From: Tricharina praecox
Taxonomy: Eukaryota
Direction: 5' to 3'
DNA: 64,000 nucleotides
Assembly (NCBI RefSeq): GCF_024521635.1
Contig: NW_026250404.1
Span: 1,426,001 to 1,490,000 of the forward strand
The notes beneath the pieces were generated by a model. That model was not told the origin of the DNA, did not search any database, and saw only the letters and a list, made by a program, of their open reading frames with translations. The position numbers and the translations under genes are program-made. Numbering within the stretch: the stretch's first letter is position 1; each line of letters begins with the position of its first letter. Shown piece after piece: positions 11,087 to 23,784 of this stretch.

Positions 11087-12977
11087 ATGCCCCCATCGGT
11101 CGCGACCGCTACAACAGCTGCCAAATCACTTCTCGCCTCAGCCACTGCCACCGCCTCGAAAACCGTTCCTTCCGTCGCCGCAGCCACCGCCCATTCCACT
11201 GCCCTCCGGAGACTGGACCTGATCAAGCGGAATCTATCATCGTCGCCCGCAAAGATGTCGCCCATACCCACAAGGAAGCACCGTGTGACGGTCATCGGAT
11301 CTGGTAACTGGTAATTGCACCCCGATGTCATCGTCGTCGTGACGGGAACAGCAGAATGCCCTTTGCTAACCACCGCCGCCCACTACAGGGGAAGTGCCAT
11401 CTCCAAGATCGTGGCCGAAAACACCAAGGCCCACTCGCACGTCTTCGAGGAGGAGGTGTACATGTGGGTGTTCGAGGAGAACCACCAGCTCTCGTCGGAC
11501 CACCCCAAGTACGACTCCTCGAAGCACTCCTCGCCGCAGAAGCTCACCTCGCTGATCAACGACCTGCACGAGAACGTCAAGTATCTCCCGCGCATCTCGC
11601 TGCCGCACAACGTCGTGGCCACACCCGACATCAAAGAGGCCGTACGGGAAGCGACGATCCTCGTCTTCAACGTGCCACACCAGTTCATGGGCAACATCTG
11701 CAAGCAGATCGACGGGGCGGTGCTCCCGTACGCGCGGGCGATGTCGTGCATCAAGGGCGTGGACGTGTCCGCGGAGGGGATCTCGCTGTTCAGCGACTAC
11801 ATCGGCAAGCGGCTGGGGATCTACTGCGGCGCGCTGTCGGGCGCGAACATTGCCAATGAGGTTGCGGAGGAGAAGTGGTCCGAGACCACTGTGGCATACG
11901 ATCCTCCCGGCGACCTGACGCCGCTCCCCGAGGAGCTCCCCCCCGTCGACCACGCCGTCATGAAACACCTCTTCCATCGCCCCTACTTCCACGTGCGCGT
12001 CGTCCGCGACGTCGCGGGAGTGTCGCTCGGCGGCGCGCTAAAGAACGTTGTCGCCCTCGCCGCGGGATTCGTCGACGGGCTGGGCTGGGGTGATAACGCG
12101 AAGGCGGCGGTGATGCGCGTCGGGCTGATGGAGATGCAGAAGTTCGGGCGGGCGTTCTTTGAGTCGTGCCGGCCGGAGACGTTCACGGAGGAGAGCTGCG
12201 GCGTCGCCGATCTCATCACTAGCTGCAACGGCGGCCGCAACCATAAGTGCGCGATGCTGAGCGTGCGCGAGGGAAAGAGCATCGAGGAGATCGAGCAGCG
12301 CGTGTTGAATGGCCAGAAGCTCCAGGGAACTAGCACTGCGAAGGAGGTTAACCAGTTCCTGAAGGAGAGGGGTGTTGCGCATGAGTATCCCCTGTTCACG
12401 GGTGTGCATCGTAAGTGCTGTCCTCCACCAAAATCACATCCACCAACATATCCACATCCACCAGCATAGCCCCGCCCCCTCCCCCCACAATCGCCGACTC
12501 GTTCGGATCCTCGTTGCGCTTATCTTGTCCAACATGTTGGCACACTCGCGGACGAGGACGAGGACGGGGACGAGGATGTGGAGGCAGCGGCGGAGACGCT
12601 GATATGATTTACATATACCTTGTTGCTGTGTTGTGTTGCTTGTTGTTGTGTTGTTTTGCCAGCGGCTAACCGGTGATTCTTTATGCAGTGATTTTGACCG
12701 GCCAGGCCAAGGTTCGTTGTTGCCAGCTTCCTCCCCCAGCTTCCTCCCCAAGCTTCCCCAGCTTCCCCAGCTTCCCCCAGTTTCCTTCCCGGTTTCCTGT
12801 CATGTCTGTCATGTCTGTCAGAGTACATACACACATTAGCCGGCAGGATATCTACATACCCGCTTTCTTCCCCGCATCCCATCCGTTGCAAAACATATAG
12901 GTACACGTAAACTAATCATCTATTTACGATAGGTTGAGGATCTACCAAAGATGATTGAGCCTAGGGATACGAATTAA
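11087..12977 (+). CDS. GPD1: NAD-dependent glycerol-3-phosphate dehydrogenase
   Basis: Motifs [57 protein letters not shown]. Exons 11087-11310, 11389-12410, 12689-12711 (23 nt), 12933-12977, giving the C-terminus [27 protein letters not shown]. Second in-frame ATG at 11255. Confidence 0.95.
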
Positions 12978-13313
12978 TGACCTACGACCGACACCGAACC
13001 GAATAGACGCCAGTATCTCGTACCCATTATGACTACGAGCTCTAACCACGAGGGTTTGCATGAAGTGGATTGGATTGGATCTTGGGCGTGGGAGGGTGGG
13101 ACAGGGCGGGGAGATATATGGTTGGGTTGGGGAGCATTGATTAGAATTTCATTTCGGTTTCTGTTACTCTTTTTTTTTTACATTAATTAATTTCGGCGAT
13201 ATCTACTACCTATGTTGCAATTGCAATTGCAGTGACGGGTTGTACCGTACATCCTTTTCTCCTCTCTTCCGTATGCTAGGTTGGCTTTTGAGATATCTTT
13301 TGGTTTGGTTTGG

Positions 13314-13375
13314 CTATCGGTTTAGCTGTCTATCGGTTTAGCTGTCTATCGGTTTGGCTGTCTATCGGTTTTAGC
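13314..13375. repeat. 16-bp minisatellite (CTATCGGTTTRGCTGT) x ~4
   Basis: Directly visible tandem copies starting at 13314, 13330, 13346 and 13362 (partial). Confidence 0.85.
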
Positions 13376-14075
13376 GATTTGGGATTGGGAGGATGCGAAT
13401 GTAATACGACTTCTCGCCCCGAGTTTTTTCCCAACATAGACAATGATCAATCCTCGCTGTATGCAGATCCAATCCAATCCAATCCAAGAGCAAGCGGGAA
13501 GTTGAATAGTTGAATGAAAAATACCGCTCGATACAAGATACAATAGGTAGGGCAAGTGAATGTAGCCCAAGTAACCCCCCTCCGTCCCCGCAACCCCCCA
13601 CCATCCCCCATCCTATCCCCCGTCCCCGTCCCCCGTTTCGTCCCCCGTCCCCGGTTCCCCGTCCCCACGTCCCCAAAAGCCCACCGCAGAAATAAAAAGT
13701 AAAAATAACAAAAACACCCCATAATATGAAAACAAAATGGTCAATGAAATAGGATAGGATAGGATAGCCAATGATGATGATGATGGTGCTGAAAACATGA
13801 CGCAAGCAATGATGAGTACAAAGATAGTAGCCCAGGCGATGTGAATATGATGAGAAGGGAAAGAGAAGAAAGAAGAAGAAGAAGAAAGGGAGAAACTTGA
13901 ACTCCAAAAAGAAAAAAAAAGAACCGGGTACCCCAGATGATGAGAAAGAAAAGAAGAAAAAACAACCAAGAATCCCCCCGCCCGTCGCGCCGCCCAATAT
14001 ATGTCAAGTCAATTCCTCCCTCCCCGAACCAAAAAACGGCGAAGCATAGTTTACGTGACACTAGATGTACAATAT

Positions 14076-17000
14076 CTAACCGTACAGATCCTCTTCCACC
14101 ATCGCTACTACAACATCCCGTCAGTCAGTAACAATCTCGGGGCTTATCTTCTCGCAGGGACAAACACATACCATTATTACTCTTAGTCGGCGTAAACGAA
14201 TTCTTCTTCAATCCACCCATCATAAACATCATACTACTCTCTCGCCTCCTTGATTTGGATCCCTTCCCGTTGTCCGGTACCGATAGTCCGCCGTTGCCAC
14301 TGCTGCTACCAGCATCTTGTGGTGGCATGACATCGAATCGTGGCGCACTGATTTGCGTGGGCGATGTGATCTGCGGTTGCGTATCGTAGTTTGGCTCGTA
14401 CGAGACTATCTGCGGTGGGGGCAGCGAGCCGGGCGGTCGGATGGTCATTGGGTGGGAGGGGAGCATGGGGGTTCGCGGCGGTTCCATCATCCGTTGGGAC
14501 GATAGGGCTGGTCGGTCAGTGGACTGGAATGTTTGCTGGCGAGGGGAGAGCGGGCCGGGGCCGAAGCCGGGAGTCGATGGATATTCCAGGGTTGGGAGCG
14601 TCGGCGGCGGTGGTGCGGGCGGTGCTTCGCCGTCCAGGAAGAAGATGTAGCGGTACTCGTGCAAGAACATGGAGAAGACTTGAGCCGGGATGTTCAAGGT
14701 TGGAGAGAAGACGATGCCGACGTTTCGGATGGTCATCTTGTTGACGTCCGAGTTATCGACGATCCTCAAGAGATGGCCCGAGAGCGCCTTAAGCAGTGCA
14801 AAGTTCTCCGGCGGGAGGCTATGCACGAGGTTGTTGAGAGCAGTGATCTTCTGGTTCTTGTCCTCCATCTCGGTGACCTTGACGAAGTCGTCCCGTCGGT
14901 CGGAGGTCAGGATATTGTTCGGCAGTTCGCGGAGGTACAACTTGAGCAAGCCAGAAATCGCATGCACGTCGTAATACTCATCATGGCCAAGCAGGTTGAC
15001 ATCGGCCTCTGCAGGGCTAGTTAGCCACACACACACACAAGGATAGGAAAGTGCCATGATTTTGCCTACCAGTATTAAACTTCTCCCTCAATCCCTTAAT
15101 TACCACATTGCTACCCGACAACCTGAAGATACCTTCCTCGTCCGAAGCATTCTTCGCGTCGAGATACTCGATACACCGGTACACGACCGAAGGAAGTGCC
15201 ACTTCGACACCGGGCGGCTTCGTCAAGTACACGGCCTCCTCGAGCGTCGCACCAAACACCGATCGCGACAGCGGGAACCTCTCCACCGCTTGTTGATGGC
15301 CGGCCGGTTGTTTCCCTTGGTCTTCGGAATTCGATGAGATCCGCTGCTTGAACCCCCATATACTCCTCTTCTTGGCCGCCTTCTCCGCCTTCTTGTCTTC
15401 CGCTGACTTACCGGCGCCCCATGCCGCAGGATCGGAGATGACGGACCCGTTGGTTGGTGCCGAGATCTGTTTGACCGGATGGCCCCGTTCAGGCACGGGT
15501 GCGCTGGACGAGAACGGCCCCGACTGCGAGAGCATCGAGTTCGGCGAGGGCGAGACCTGCTGTCTGCTCAGCTCTTCTGGAGTCGGGCCTCGCGCAGGAG
15601 CAGGTCCTTGACTTGCCTCGTCATAGCTCATGCTCCGCAGTGAGATACCGTCTCCGTCATCACTACCGTCCTTCGCCTCCTTGCTGTCCTTACTCTTGGA
15701 GTGCTTAAGCTTCTGCTTGCCATCCTCGTCCTTCTCCTTCTCCTTCTCCTTCTCAGAGCTCACATGGTCGAGCAGTGCATTGACCCATTCGTCCCTTTCC
15801 TTGTCGTTCTCAGAACAGAGCACGTGCCGCACCAGGGTCGCCGAATCCTTTCTCTTCGGCTCGAGAACCAGGAAGGCATGTCGGTATTGGTTATCCTCGT
15901 CTCCACTAGCGTCGTCCTTTGCCTTCTGAGACGCACTTTGCCGTCCAATCTGCGCGCCTTGCAACTTGATCTGACCGAGCTGAGCACCGCCTGGGGTATC
16001 AAAGTACCTCAAAACCGGCCCGTCGAGGACAAAGTATCGCTCCTTCCATCCGCCAAAGTTTTTGCCACGCTTCGTCAGGTATCCTTCCTTGACCGCAGTG
16101 ATTCCCAGGCCGACATTGTCGCCGGCGATTGGGGGAATGCTCTCCTTGATGGTCTCGTGTATGCTGTTCGGATAATGCTCCACAACATCGGTCGAAAAGA
16201 ATTCGCAGAGTCCCCGCGCCGCAGGTTCGTTCATGACGGCACCGAAAATACCAGCGAAATACTCGTCCAGAGCCGCCCTCCGTGCATCCACCCTGGCAGG
16301 TGCGTATCCCGAGAAAAGTGACCGATCCGGAACCTTGGAGTGGTAGGTGATGTACTTCCTCAGCTTCGAATCCAGGGCTGGCAGCGCCCCCACGTCCTTC
16401 TCGACCCTCAGAACCTCCTTCCCATCGGTTCGTGAAAACAGGCCCAAAGTGAATACCGAGTCTTCGGACGAGGGTCTCGGCTTTCCGGGTAACATGCTAG
16501 CTCTTGAGGGCTTCATCCTCGAGGAGACGACGCGGCAGTCCACGGTGGTGATCTCGGATGGCCTGATGACGAGCTCGATGATTGGCGAATCCTGTCGCAC
16601 GCTTCCGTCGGAGGCGGCCCTTCCATGCCCGGTGACGAACGGAGGCATCCTGGGAGATGCCAAAGGCATTGCGGATCGAGGGGTCGCTGGGATGGTCAGG
16701 CTCTGGAACACGGGCTTTGGCGTTCCCGGAAGTCCCAGAGCGGAGTCCATCGAGAAGCCACGGGGCATTGGCGAATTCGGAGGCCTGTCTACTGGTCTCG
16801 GAGAGCTGGGCAAACCGGGGCTAGGCAATGGTGCCCTGACGAACGATGCCTTGATGCGAGCCGTCTCGGCTTCGGGAGATAATCTGTGGGACATGTTCAT
16901 GTTCGACGGACCTGGAGTGAGAGGGACATGCATGTGCTGCAGATACTGAGTGGGAGGGGACCGCGTGGGTGGAGCAGTAAGGGGACCGTTGCCTACGAAT

Positions 17001-19081
17001 CTGTTGTTGAAGGGCATGGGCAATCCTCCCACTTTGTCGTCCGGAGTGGCTTGCCAGCTATCGTCACTATTGGAAGCTGCCTGGGTGGTTGTGCCTATGT
17101 CATCGTGGTGGATCTGGTTGTGGAGTTGGGAGCGTTGGAACTCGAGAGGAGCTGGCGGTGCCTTTCGGATTGGGGTTTTCCCCATTCCAGGGGCGGGTGG
17201 TACAGCGGTCGTAATGCCCAGTTTCTTCTCGTAAGGTTCCGTTCGCGCGTGTGACCTACGGTCGTTTTCGTGCAGTTGATCCCGATGGTCGGGTGGTAGA
17301 CGTGATAACGGCGATACCATCTTGGGCGAGAGCTGGGTGGGGGACTCATTCCGTTCGTGGTCATCATGCAGCCGGTGGATATCTGACGATGTAACTTCCC
17401 GTGGCCCGCGGAATACCACTTCATCGCTTAGATCGAAGCCTTGAGAAAGCCCCTCGAACCTTGCTGTAGCAGAGGAATCGATCGGGGACGAGATCATGCG
17501 TTCACGGGTAGGCGAGAGGGGTTCGATGGCGATTTCGAGGCCGGAAGCTTTGATTCCGCCCCGGCCCCTCTCGCTGGTCGACGCAAGGGATTCACTCCTC
17601 GTGATGCCCTCGCCACGAGTCGGTGACCTCGACGCCGATCTACTGTGCGGCTCGTCCAAGCTGGGCGCGGGGCTCTCACTTAAACCTCGCGAGGGTATCG
17701 AGCCCGTGGGCAGTGGGGGGATCATGCCCATGTGCTCCTTTAATTTCGTACGATACCGGTCCTTCTCCTTCAGAGCACGCTCGAGATCTTTATTGAGGCC
17801 CAGGATCATGGCGCGCTGTTTATCGACGAGCCTCCAGAGCTGCGAGTTCTGCGCCGTCATGGACTGTTTCTCCTTCAACAAGTAACGTACTGCCTCCTCC
17901 GCCGAACCAGCAGCTTGAATCAAAGACTGAACATCGGCTGGTGAGCTGCCGGTGATCTGGGAAAGGGCGTTATTAGAACTACTAGTAGAAGACGTATGAG
18001 CGTGACTGGCGGCCGACTGGACCGATGCCGAGGAAATTGCCGAATCGATGGAGGAGGCTCTCATGATGGCCCTGCTCGGGTTCGATGTGGTCGACGCCAT
18101 TGCGACAGGCGGAGGGGCGACTACTGCTGCTGCTGCTGGCTCCGAAGCCACGGCACCCGAGGGGGACGAGGACGAGGACGAAGGATCGGATTCGGGGAGG
18201 GAGCAAAGACGCTGGTGCGATCTATCACGTCTATGATGAGGGGTGGGGATTCCAGTGGTGATTCCGCCGACGAGACTACACGCTTCAGCGGCCAATTTCT
18301 CGAGCTGGTCTTGAGGTGAGCTTGGGGTTTCGGAGTAGTAGTAGTTGTTGTTGTTGTTGTTGTTGTTGTTGTTATTGTTGTTGTTGTTGTTGTTGTGGGG
18401 ATGGTGGTTGTGGTTGTGGTAGTGGTGGCGGCGTTGCGGAGTGTCGCAAGGGGAAGGGCGGGTTACGGGAGGTGAAGATGGAGGTTGCAGCGGCAAGAGA
18501 GGGGGGGGAGGAGCAGGAGGGGGGGGAGGAGGAGAAGGAGCAGTAGCAGTAGCAGTAGTAGCAGGAGCAGGAGGGACAGTCAGGGAGAGCAGGCTGCGAT
18601 CCAACCTATGGTCCTGTGCTTGCCAAGGAGGAGGAGGATGCTGGTGCTCGTTGAGCGATAGTGGGTACTGGGAGTCAGAGGGGTTGTGGTTATGGTTGCG
18701 GTGGTTGCTGCGGTGGGAGTGGTGGTGGGAGGGCTGGTTTGGTGACTGCCTGTTTGAGAGATGCGATGAAGCCGCCGTGTTGGAAGAGTTGCGGGCGGAG
18801 GAACTGCTGGTGGTGGTGGTGGTGGTGGTGGTGCTGGCGCTGGTGCTGTTGCTTGTGGTGGTGGTGGTGGTGCTGCTGCTGCCGGTGCTGCTGCTGCCGG
18901 TGCTGCTGCTGCCGGTGCTGCTGCTGCCGGTGCTGCTGCTGCCGGTGCTGCTGCTGCCGGTGCTGCTGCTGTTGCCGCGAGCTGACCGAGGATTCCCAGT
19001 TCCACGCTCACTCTCCGCAGTAGCGCCTGTCATTATCTCCGGCCGAGCACCACTTCGAGTAATTACTGTTCTATGCTGCAT
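14076..19081 (-). CDS. BEM3: Bem3-like Rho GTPase-activating protein (coiled coil-PX-PH-RhoGAP)
   Basis: QNSQLWRLVDKQRAMILGLNKDLE coiled coil; PX-like region (PARVDARRAALDEYF); PH domain KEGYLTKRGKNFGGWKERYFVL; RhoGAP EEGIFRLSGS..GLLKLYLRELP..NKMTIRNVGIVFSPTL. Introns 15009-15069 and 14108-14171; last exon ends MVEEDLYG*. Start uncertain (19081, or internal MASTT near 18040). Confidence 0.9.
18344..18394. repeat. (GTT)n microsatellite encoding poly-Asn in the RhoGAP N-terminus
   Basis: About 17 triplets with one ATT interruption. Confidence 0.9.
18871..18971. repeat. 15-bp tandem repeat (TGCTGCTGCTGCCGG) x6 plus a partial copy, encoding (SSSTG)n on the minus strand
   Basis: Perfect copies from 18871 to 18960. 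Confidence 0.95.
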
Positions 19082-22000
19082 ACATACGCCAGTATGAGTA
19101 TGGAGATGTTCGTTTGGGGATTAGGGGAGAGTGCGACGATGAGTGATCGGGCATGTGGGTACTGTATCTGGGGGGGGGAGTTGTGTGGGGGAAGCTGCTT
19201 GCTGGGGGAGGGGGGGAGGCGCGGAGAAAGGCACTTTTTACACACACACACGCAGAATTCTGCACGCACACAACTTGCACTTTCCTCGGTGTCTCTCTCT
19301 CTTTCTCTCCTTCTTCACTCGCACACACACCAGGCAGGCAGTAGACAGGCGACGGACTTGAACGACTAACGAGGTGGGGGAAGGGGGGGCGGGCAGGACA
19401 GACAGCACAGGACGAGACAGGACAGGACAGGGCAGGGCGTGGTTCCTAGTCGGCATGCGGGTGAAGCGAGCGCCGGGTGCAGCAGCAAGCAGCAGCAGAG
19501 GCAAGAAAACAAGCAACCTGTGCACCAACCAACAACCTGTGCGCGGCGCGGCGCGGCGGTGGGCGCTGGGACTAAACCGATAAGAGGCATGGTATGGTAG
19601 TTACATAACTACGGCATCTACATATCGCCTCGGTGCAACGCGCAGAACTGATGGCGGCCGATGGAATGGAATGCGGGTTGAAACGAAGCAATAACGCTTG
19701 GAACAATGAAATTCGCGGCTTGGTGGCGAGAGGAGAGAGGGGAGAGGAGAGAGGAGAGAACGCGTCGCAAGGGGGCGGGGGGGCTGGAGTTCCGCGCTCG
19801 CTCACCGTCGAGTGCCGTACCGTATGTAGGCAGGTACGGTAACTACGGCAGGCCGCAATTATGCACAGGTACTGCTACTTCAGTTACATGGCCCTTCACC
19901 GAGACGGTTCAACAAGCGGCGTGTTTGCCCGGATTCCACATAGGCACTTGGGTAGGCACGGTAGGTTCATCTGCGCGGCTATGTATAAACCGATGAAGCG
20001 ATGAGAAGGGGGCACTGCATCGTCATGTCAAATTTCTACATAGCGAGAGCGAAAGAAAGAAGAAGAAAAAACGCGAGATGGCTGCCTATAGGTACTCTAG
20101 CTAGTACTAGGTATAAAGTAGTAGGCAGATATCATACAAGGGGGGAAGTTCAAAGAAGAACATCCACTCCCTCGACGGAGCATGGACCATCTCTAGATAT
20201 CGGCGTATTATGTATAGTGCACACCGTAGTCCATACTCCACGCTCGTGGACGCTGGCGGTCCAGGCACTTTCCGCGGCACTGCGCTTACAACATACCCAA
20301 CACAACACGCGCCGTAGGCCGTGTGTAAACCAAACCATCTCTGCCGTTTCCACTGCATACGGCAGGTATGTGCATAGACGGTAGATACCTCTTCATCATC
20401 AGCAGCATTATCGAGGATCCACAGCTAGGCACGTTCGTCACGCACGTTCGTTCGTTCGTGACGCAGTGATGCTGGGGGAGATGAGGGGAGGGAAGGGCAT
20501 CTAGCATCCCAGCGTTGAGTGGATCCAAAGAAGAAGGGAATGACGGAAGCGCCGCGAATTGCAACACTGCCTTTTCCTTGCAACGGAACGGGGCGCTTAT
20601 TCATACGTTCGAGTGTGTTGGCGCTGCCTGCCTATCTGATCGTCAGGATCGCCTCCGCGAGTCAGCAAGGAACAAGGAACGGAGGTCTTGTTGGAGAAAA
20701 GTCTGGGATGGGGAGGGGAGGGGGGGTGCTCACTGCTCACTGCGATCGGGGATTGGTTTGTAGGTACCGTATGAAGGTACCTGCTTCAATCACTGGAGGC
20801 AACCGGAATATCCTCAATCCTCAAAAACGTGAACGGTGTCGAGCAGAGTGCTTTTACGGCCCGCCATAAATGAGAATCTGTAATCGGCAGTGTTCGAACT
20901 TCGAACTTCGAAACGTCGACTTGCACTTTGACGTGAGGCAGAGGCAAAGGAAAAGGAAAAGCGTTATGTACCATTATTGGAATCTGTACATACCCCTGGT
21001 GCCTGACAGGCTGAAGCTCTCGAGTAGTACTGGAATAGGTACGGTAATATTGAAGGCGTGTAGAGCATGGACTCGACTCGGTGGGATCAAGCTCTTGTCC
21101 CTCCAAGTTCCTCCAAGTTCCTCCTCCTCACCTGCCGTCAGATCCGTGCTCGAGTCGAGTCGAGTCGAGTCCTGCAGCCATCCATCCAGCGGCGGCGGCG
21201 GCAATGGCTTTGTAGATACACTGCCCTCCGAAACGCGGATCAACGGCCGCAGAAGCCGCACATCTAGACATATATAGGCAGGCGAACCAGGCAAAGCGGC
21301 TGCGCTTAACTGGGTATGCTCAGAGCACACACATTCCCTTGAACGCTGTCACCGACTCACCGTTGTCATCCAGGCACAACTGTAGGCACGGTAGTCAAGT
21401 CCGTGCACATTGCACACTGCGTTGCGGGTGGGTGTAAATACAGAGAATACCTACAGTACGGTACTCTTCTACACAAGACAACCAGTCCCGGTAGTTATGG
21501 TAGGTTTGTATGTGGGCATATCAGCACTCACCAACCCCACCAATCCCACCACAGCTCATCAGATCAGTCATTCCCCTCCCATCCCGCCTCCCAATGCCCA
21601 TCGGCCATTAGTCCCCTCCCTGCCCTGTATTGCGTAGCCGCCATTGGCTTCCCTCTCGCATCCCCTCCCATGCCTCCCCTCCCCTCGCATCCCTCGCATC
21701 CTGTCCATCCTCTCGCATCCCTGCCAATCCCTGCCCATCCAACATCCACACATCTTTTGCTATGTAGAGTACAAAAAAAAAAGAGAAAGAAAGAGAAAGC
21801 AAAACACCCCCTCACAGTGCCGGTGCCGGATCACCAGAACTGAACTGAACGAGTGGGTGGCACGAATGGGTGGCACAACTTACAAGTTGATGCCGTACCT
21901 AGCTGATGCGCTGGTGCAGCGAGAGCGAATTGATTATTTCCTACATACATGCTCTACATAACGAACGTTGCGATGGATACCGTACTGATGCATGCACCAG

Positions 22001-23784
22001 CACAACCCCGAGCTCGGGACGTATGGGGATTCGGGGTTCAAGGGGTATGTAGAAGAAGGAAAGGGCAGAAGTAGAGTAAGCAAGGGGGTGACGGGGGGTG
22101 AGAAGAGGGGGGGGGGAACGTGGGCTCACGGACCTGAGCACAAATTGTACTCTACTGTGGTTGCATCGTGGTTGCAACTTGCAATCGAGGGGTACTCACC
22201 TATATAGAGTGCACAGTTAGATTTGGTGTCTGACCACCACGAGATGGCAGATGAATGTGTAGATTTCTAGTATGTAGACGGAATGTATATATATAGGAAC
22301 ATGGTAAAGTAGGAGAGGAGAGTAGGTAGGAGGGAAGGTAGGAAGGTATCGCCTTCCCCTCCCCCTCCTCCTCTCCCTCTCACCCCAAGCTCCCACTCCA
22401 AGCCCGAAGGCAGCTCATCAGCCGAAGGCAGCGCATCAGCAGGGGCCAATTGCGGGGAAGCACATTAGCGACCCTCGTCCCCTCCCCCTTCCCCCTCGCC
22501 ATCCTCGCCATCTGCGCAGCGCGCTCCGAGTGCGGTAAGCTCCAGGAACGTGCTTGGCATTTCTCGTTTACTGTCTGTAGAGTGTGTGTATGCATGCATC
22601 TTCACGGCGCGGTGGGGCGCGGTGGGGTGGGGCGGTGGAGAAGTTGGTATCTAGGCGAATTTCATATGGGTATATGCACGGCAGATAGAGTGTAGAGTGC
22701 TCGCGATTGTCCGAGTGCCTGCCCGGGGAGTCGGGGAGTCGGGGAGTCGGGGATTTGGGGACTGGCGTAAGTGCGTGAAAGCCGAGTCATTGGGTATGAA
22801 CCGGGAACTACTAGTACTTTGTACGGGGAACCGCGGCGTCGGCGTCGGTCTTTGCGGATCGGTATGTCACTCGTGGGTCGTCCTCGCACGATAAGCCCCA
22901 CCGAGTACCCAGGCAAGTACATAAGTACCGGTATTTACTCTAGGTACTCTACCCAGGCATGGGAAGAAAAGAAGGAAAAAACTCTTCATCGGCCCCGGCG
23001 AGTCGGAAACGTGGGAGTCATATAAACATTATGTACTCCATATGGAGTGGATTACCTAGGCACATATAGGTACCTCGGGTGATCATTAACTACCGGCACC
23101 TACCGATATCTAGCTGTTCCTATTCGTTCTTTGGCCAGCTCTGATCAGTGGTGTTGCAGCCAAGTTTCCGATCTCGACTCTTACCGTGGCAGCCGGGCTT
23201 TGTATTCGTCAAGGAAATAGTTGGTTAGCCGCGCAGTTGCGCAGCACAACACCTACGTACAGGATCCATTCCCTTCAGTCCGTGCCAAAGCCGATTGAAG
23301 CTATCCCAAGCAATGCCACAGCTGCTAGGGAAGTTGGGTATAATGGTCCGATTCGAGTGCCCAGCTATCGTCCGAATCTGATCCTCCGAATCAGTCCCGG
23401 TTTGGATCTACAGTCAGCAGAGTATGAGACACTGGGAGTCACTCGGGTGAACTGACGGCACCATCTTTTCCCAGGAAGATATCCATATTCACTATTGCTG
23501 CATGCAATTCATCATGAAACCAGAAGCAAAGATAAAAAATATTCATATTGGTACCCGTAGTCAAGCAATAACTACCTGATCGGCTGCTGTACCCCATACT
23601 TCAACATGCGGCCAGTAAAAGAACACAGGCCGAAAACCCATACACAGCTACCTAGTAGCCCATTAAACATACTCCGAACACCTATCGAAACAAGTCAAGT
23701 CAAAGCAAAGACAAAACACAAAACACAAAACACACGAAAACTCAAACAACAACACCATCCACCGACTGCAACTGACTACGTAAG

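Noticed and set aside
12893..12932. AG|GTACAC inside GPD1 intron 3 as a recursive splice site or stwintron
   Set aside because: The remaining segment is only 32 nt and no clear upstream branch point is present.
18441..19097. Plus-strand Cys/Leu/Val-rich ORFs opposite the RhoGAP N-terminus
   Set aside because: Artefacts of triplet repeats read in other frames.
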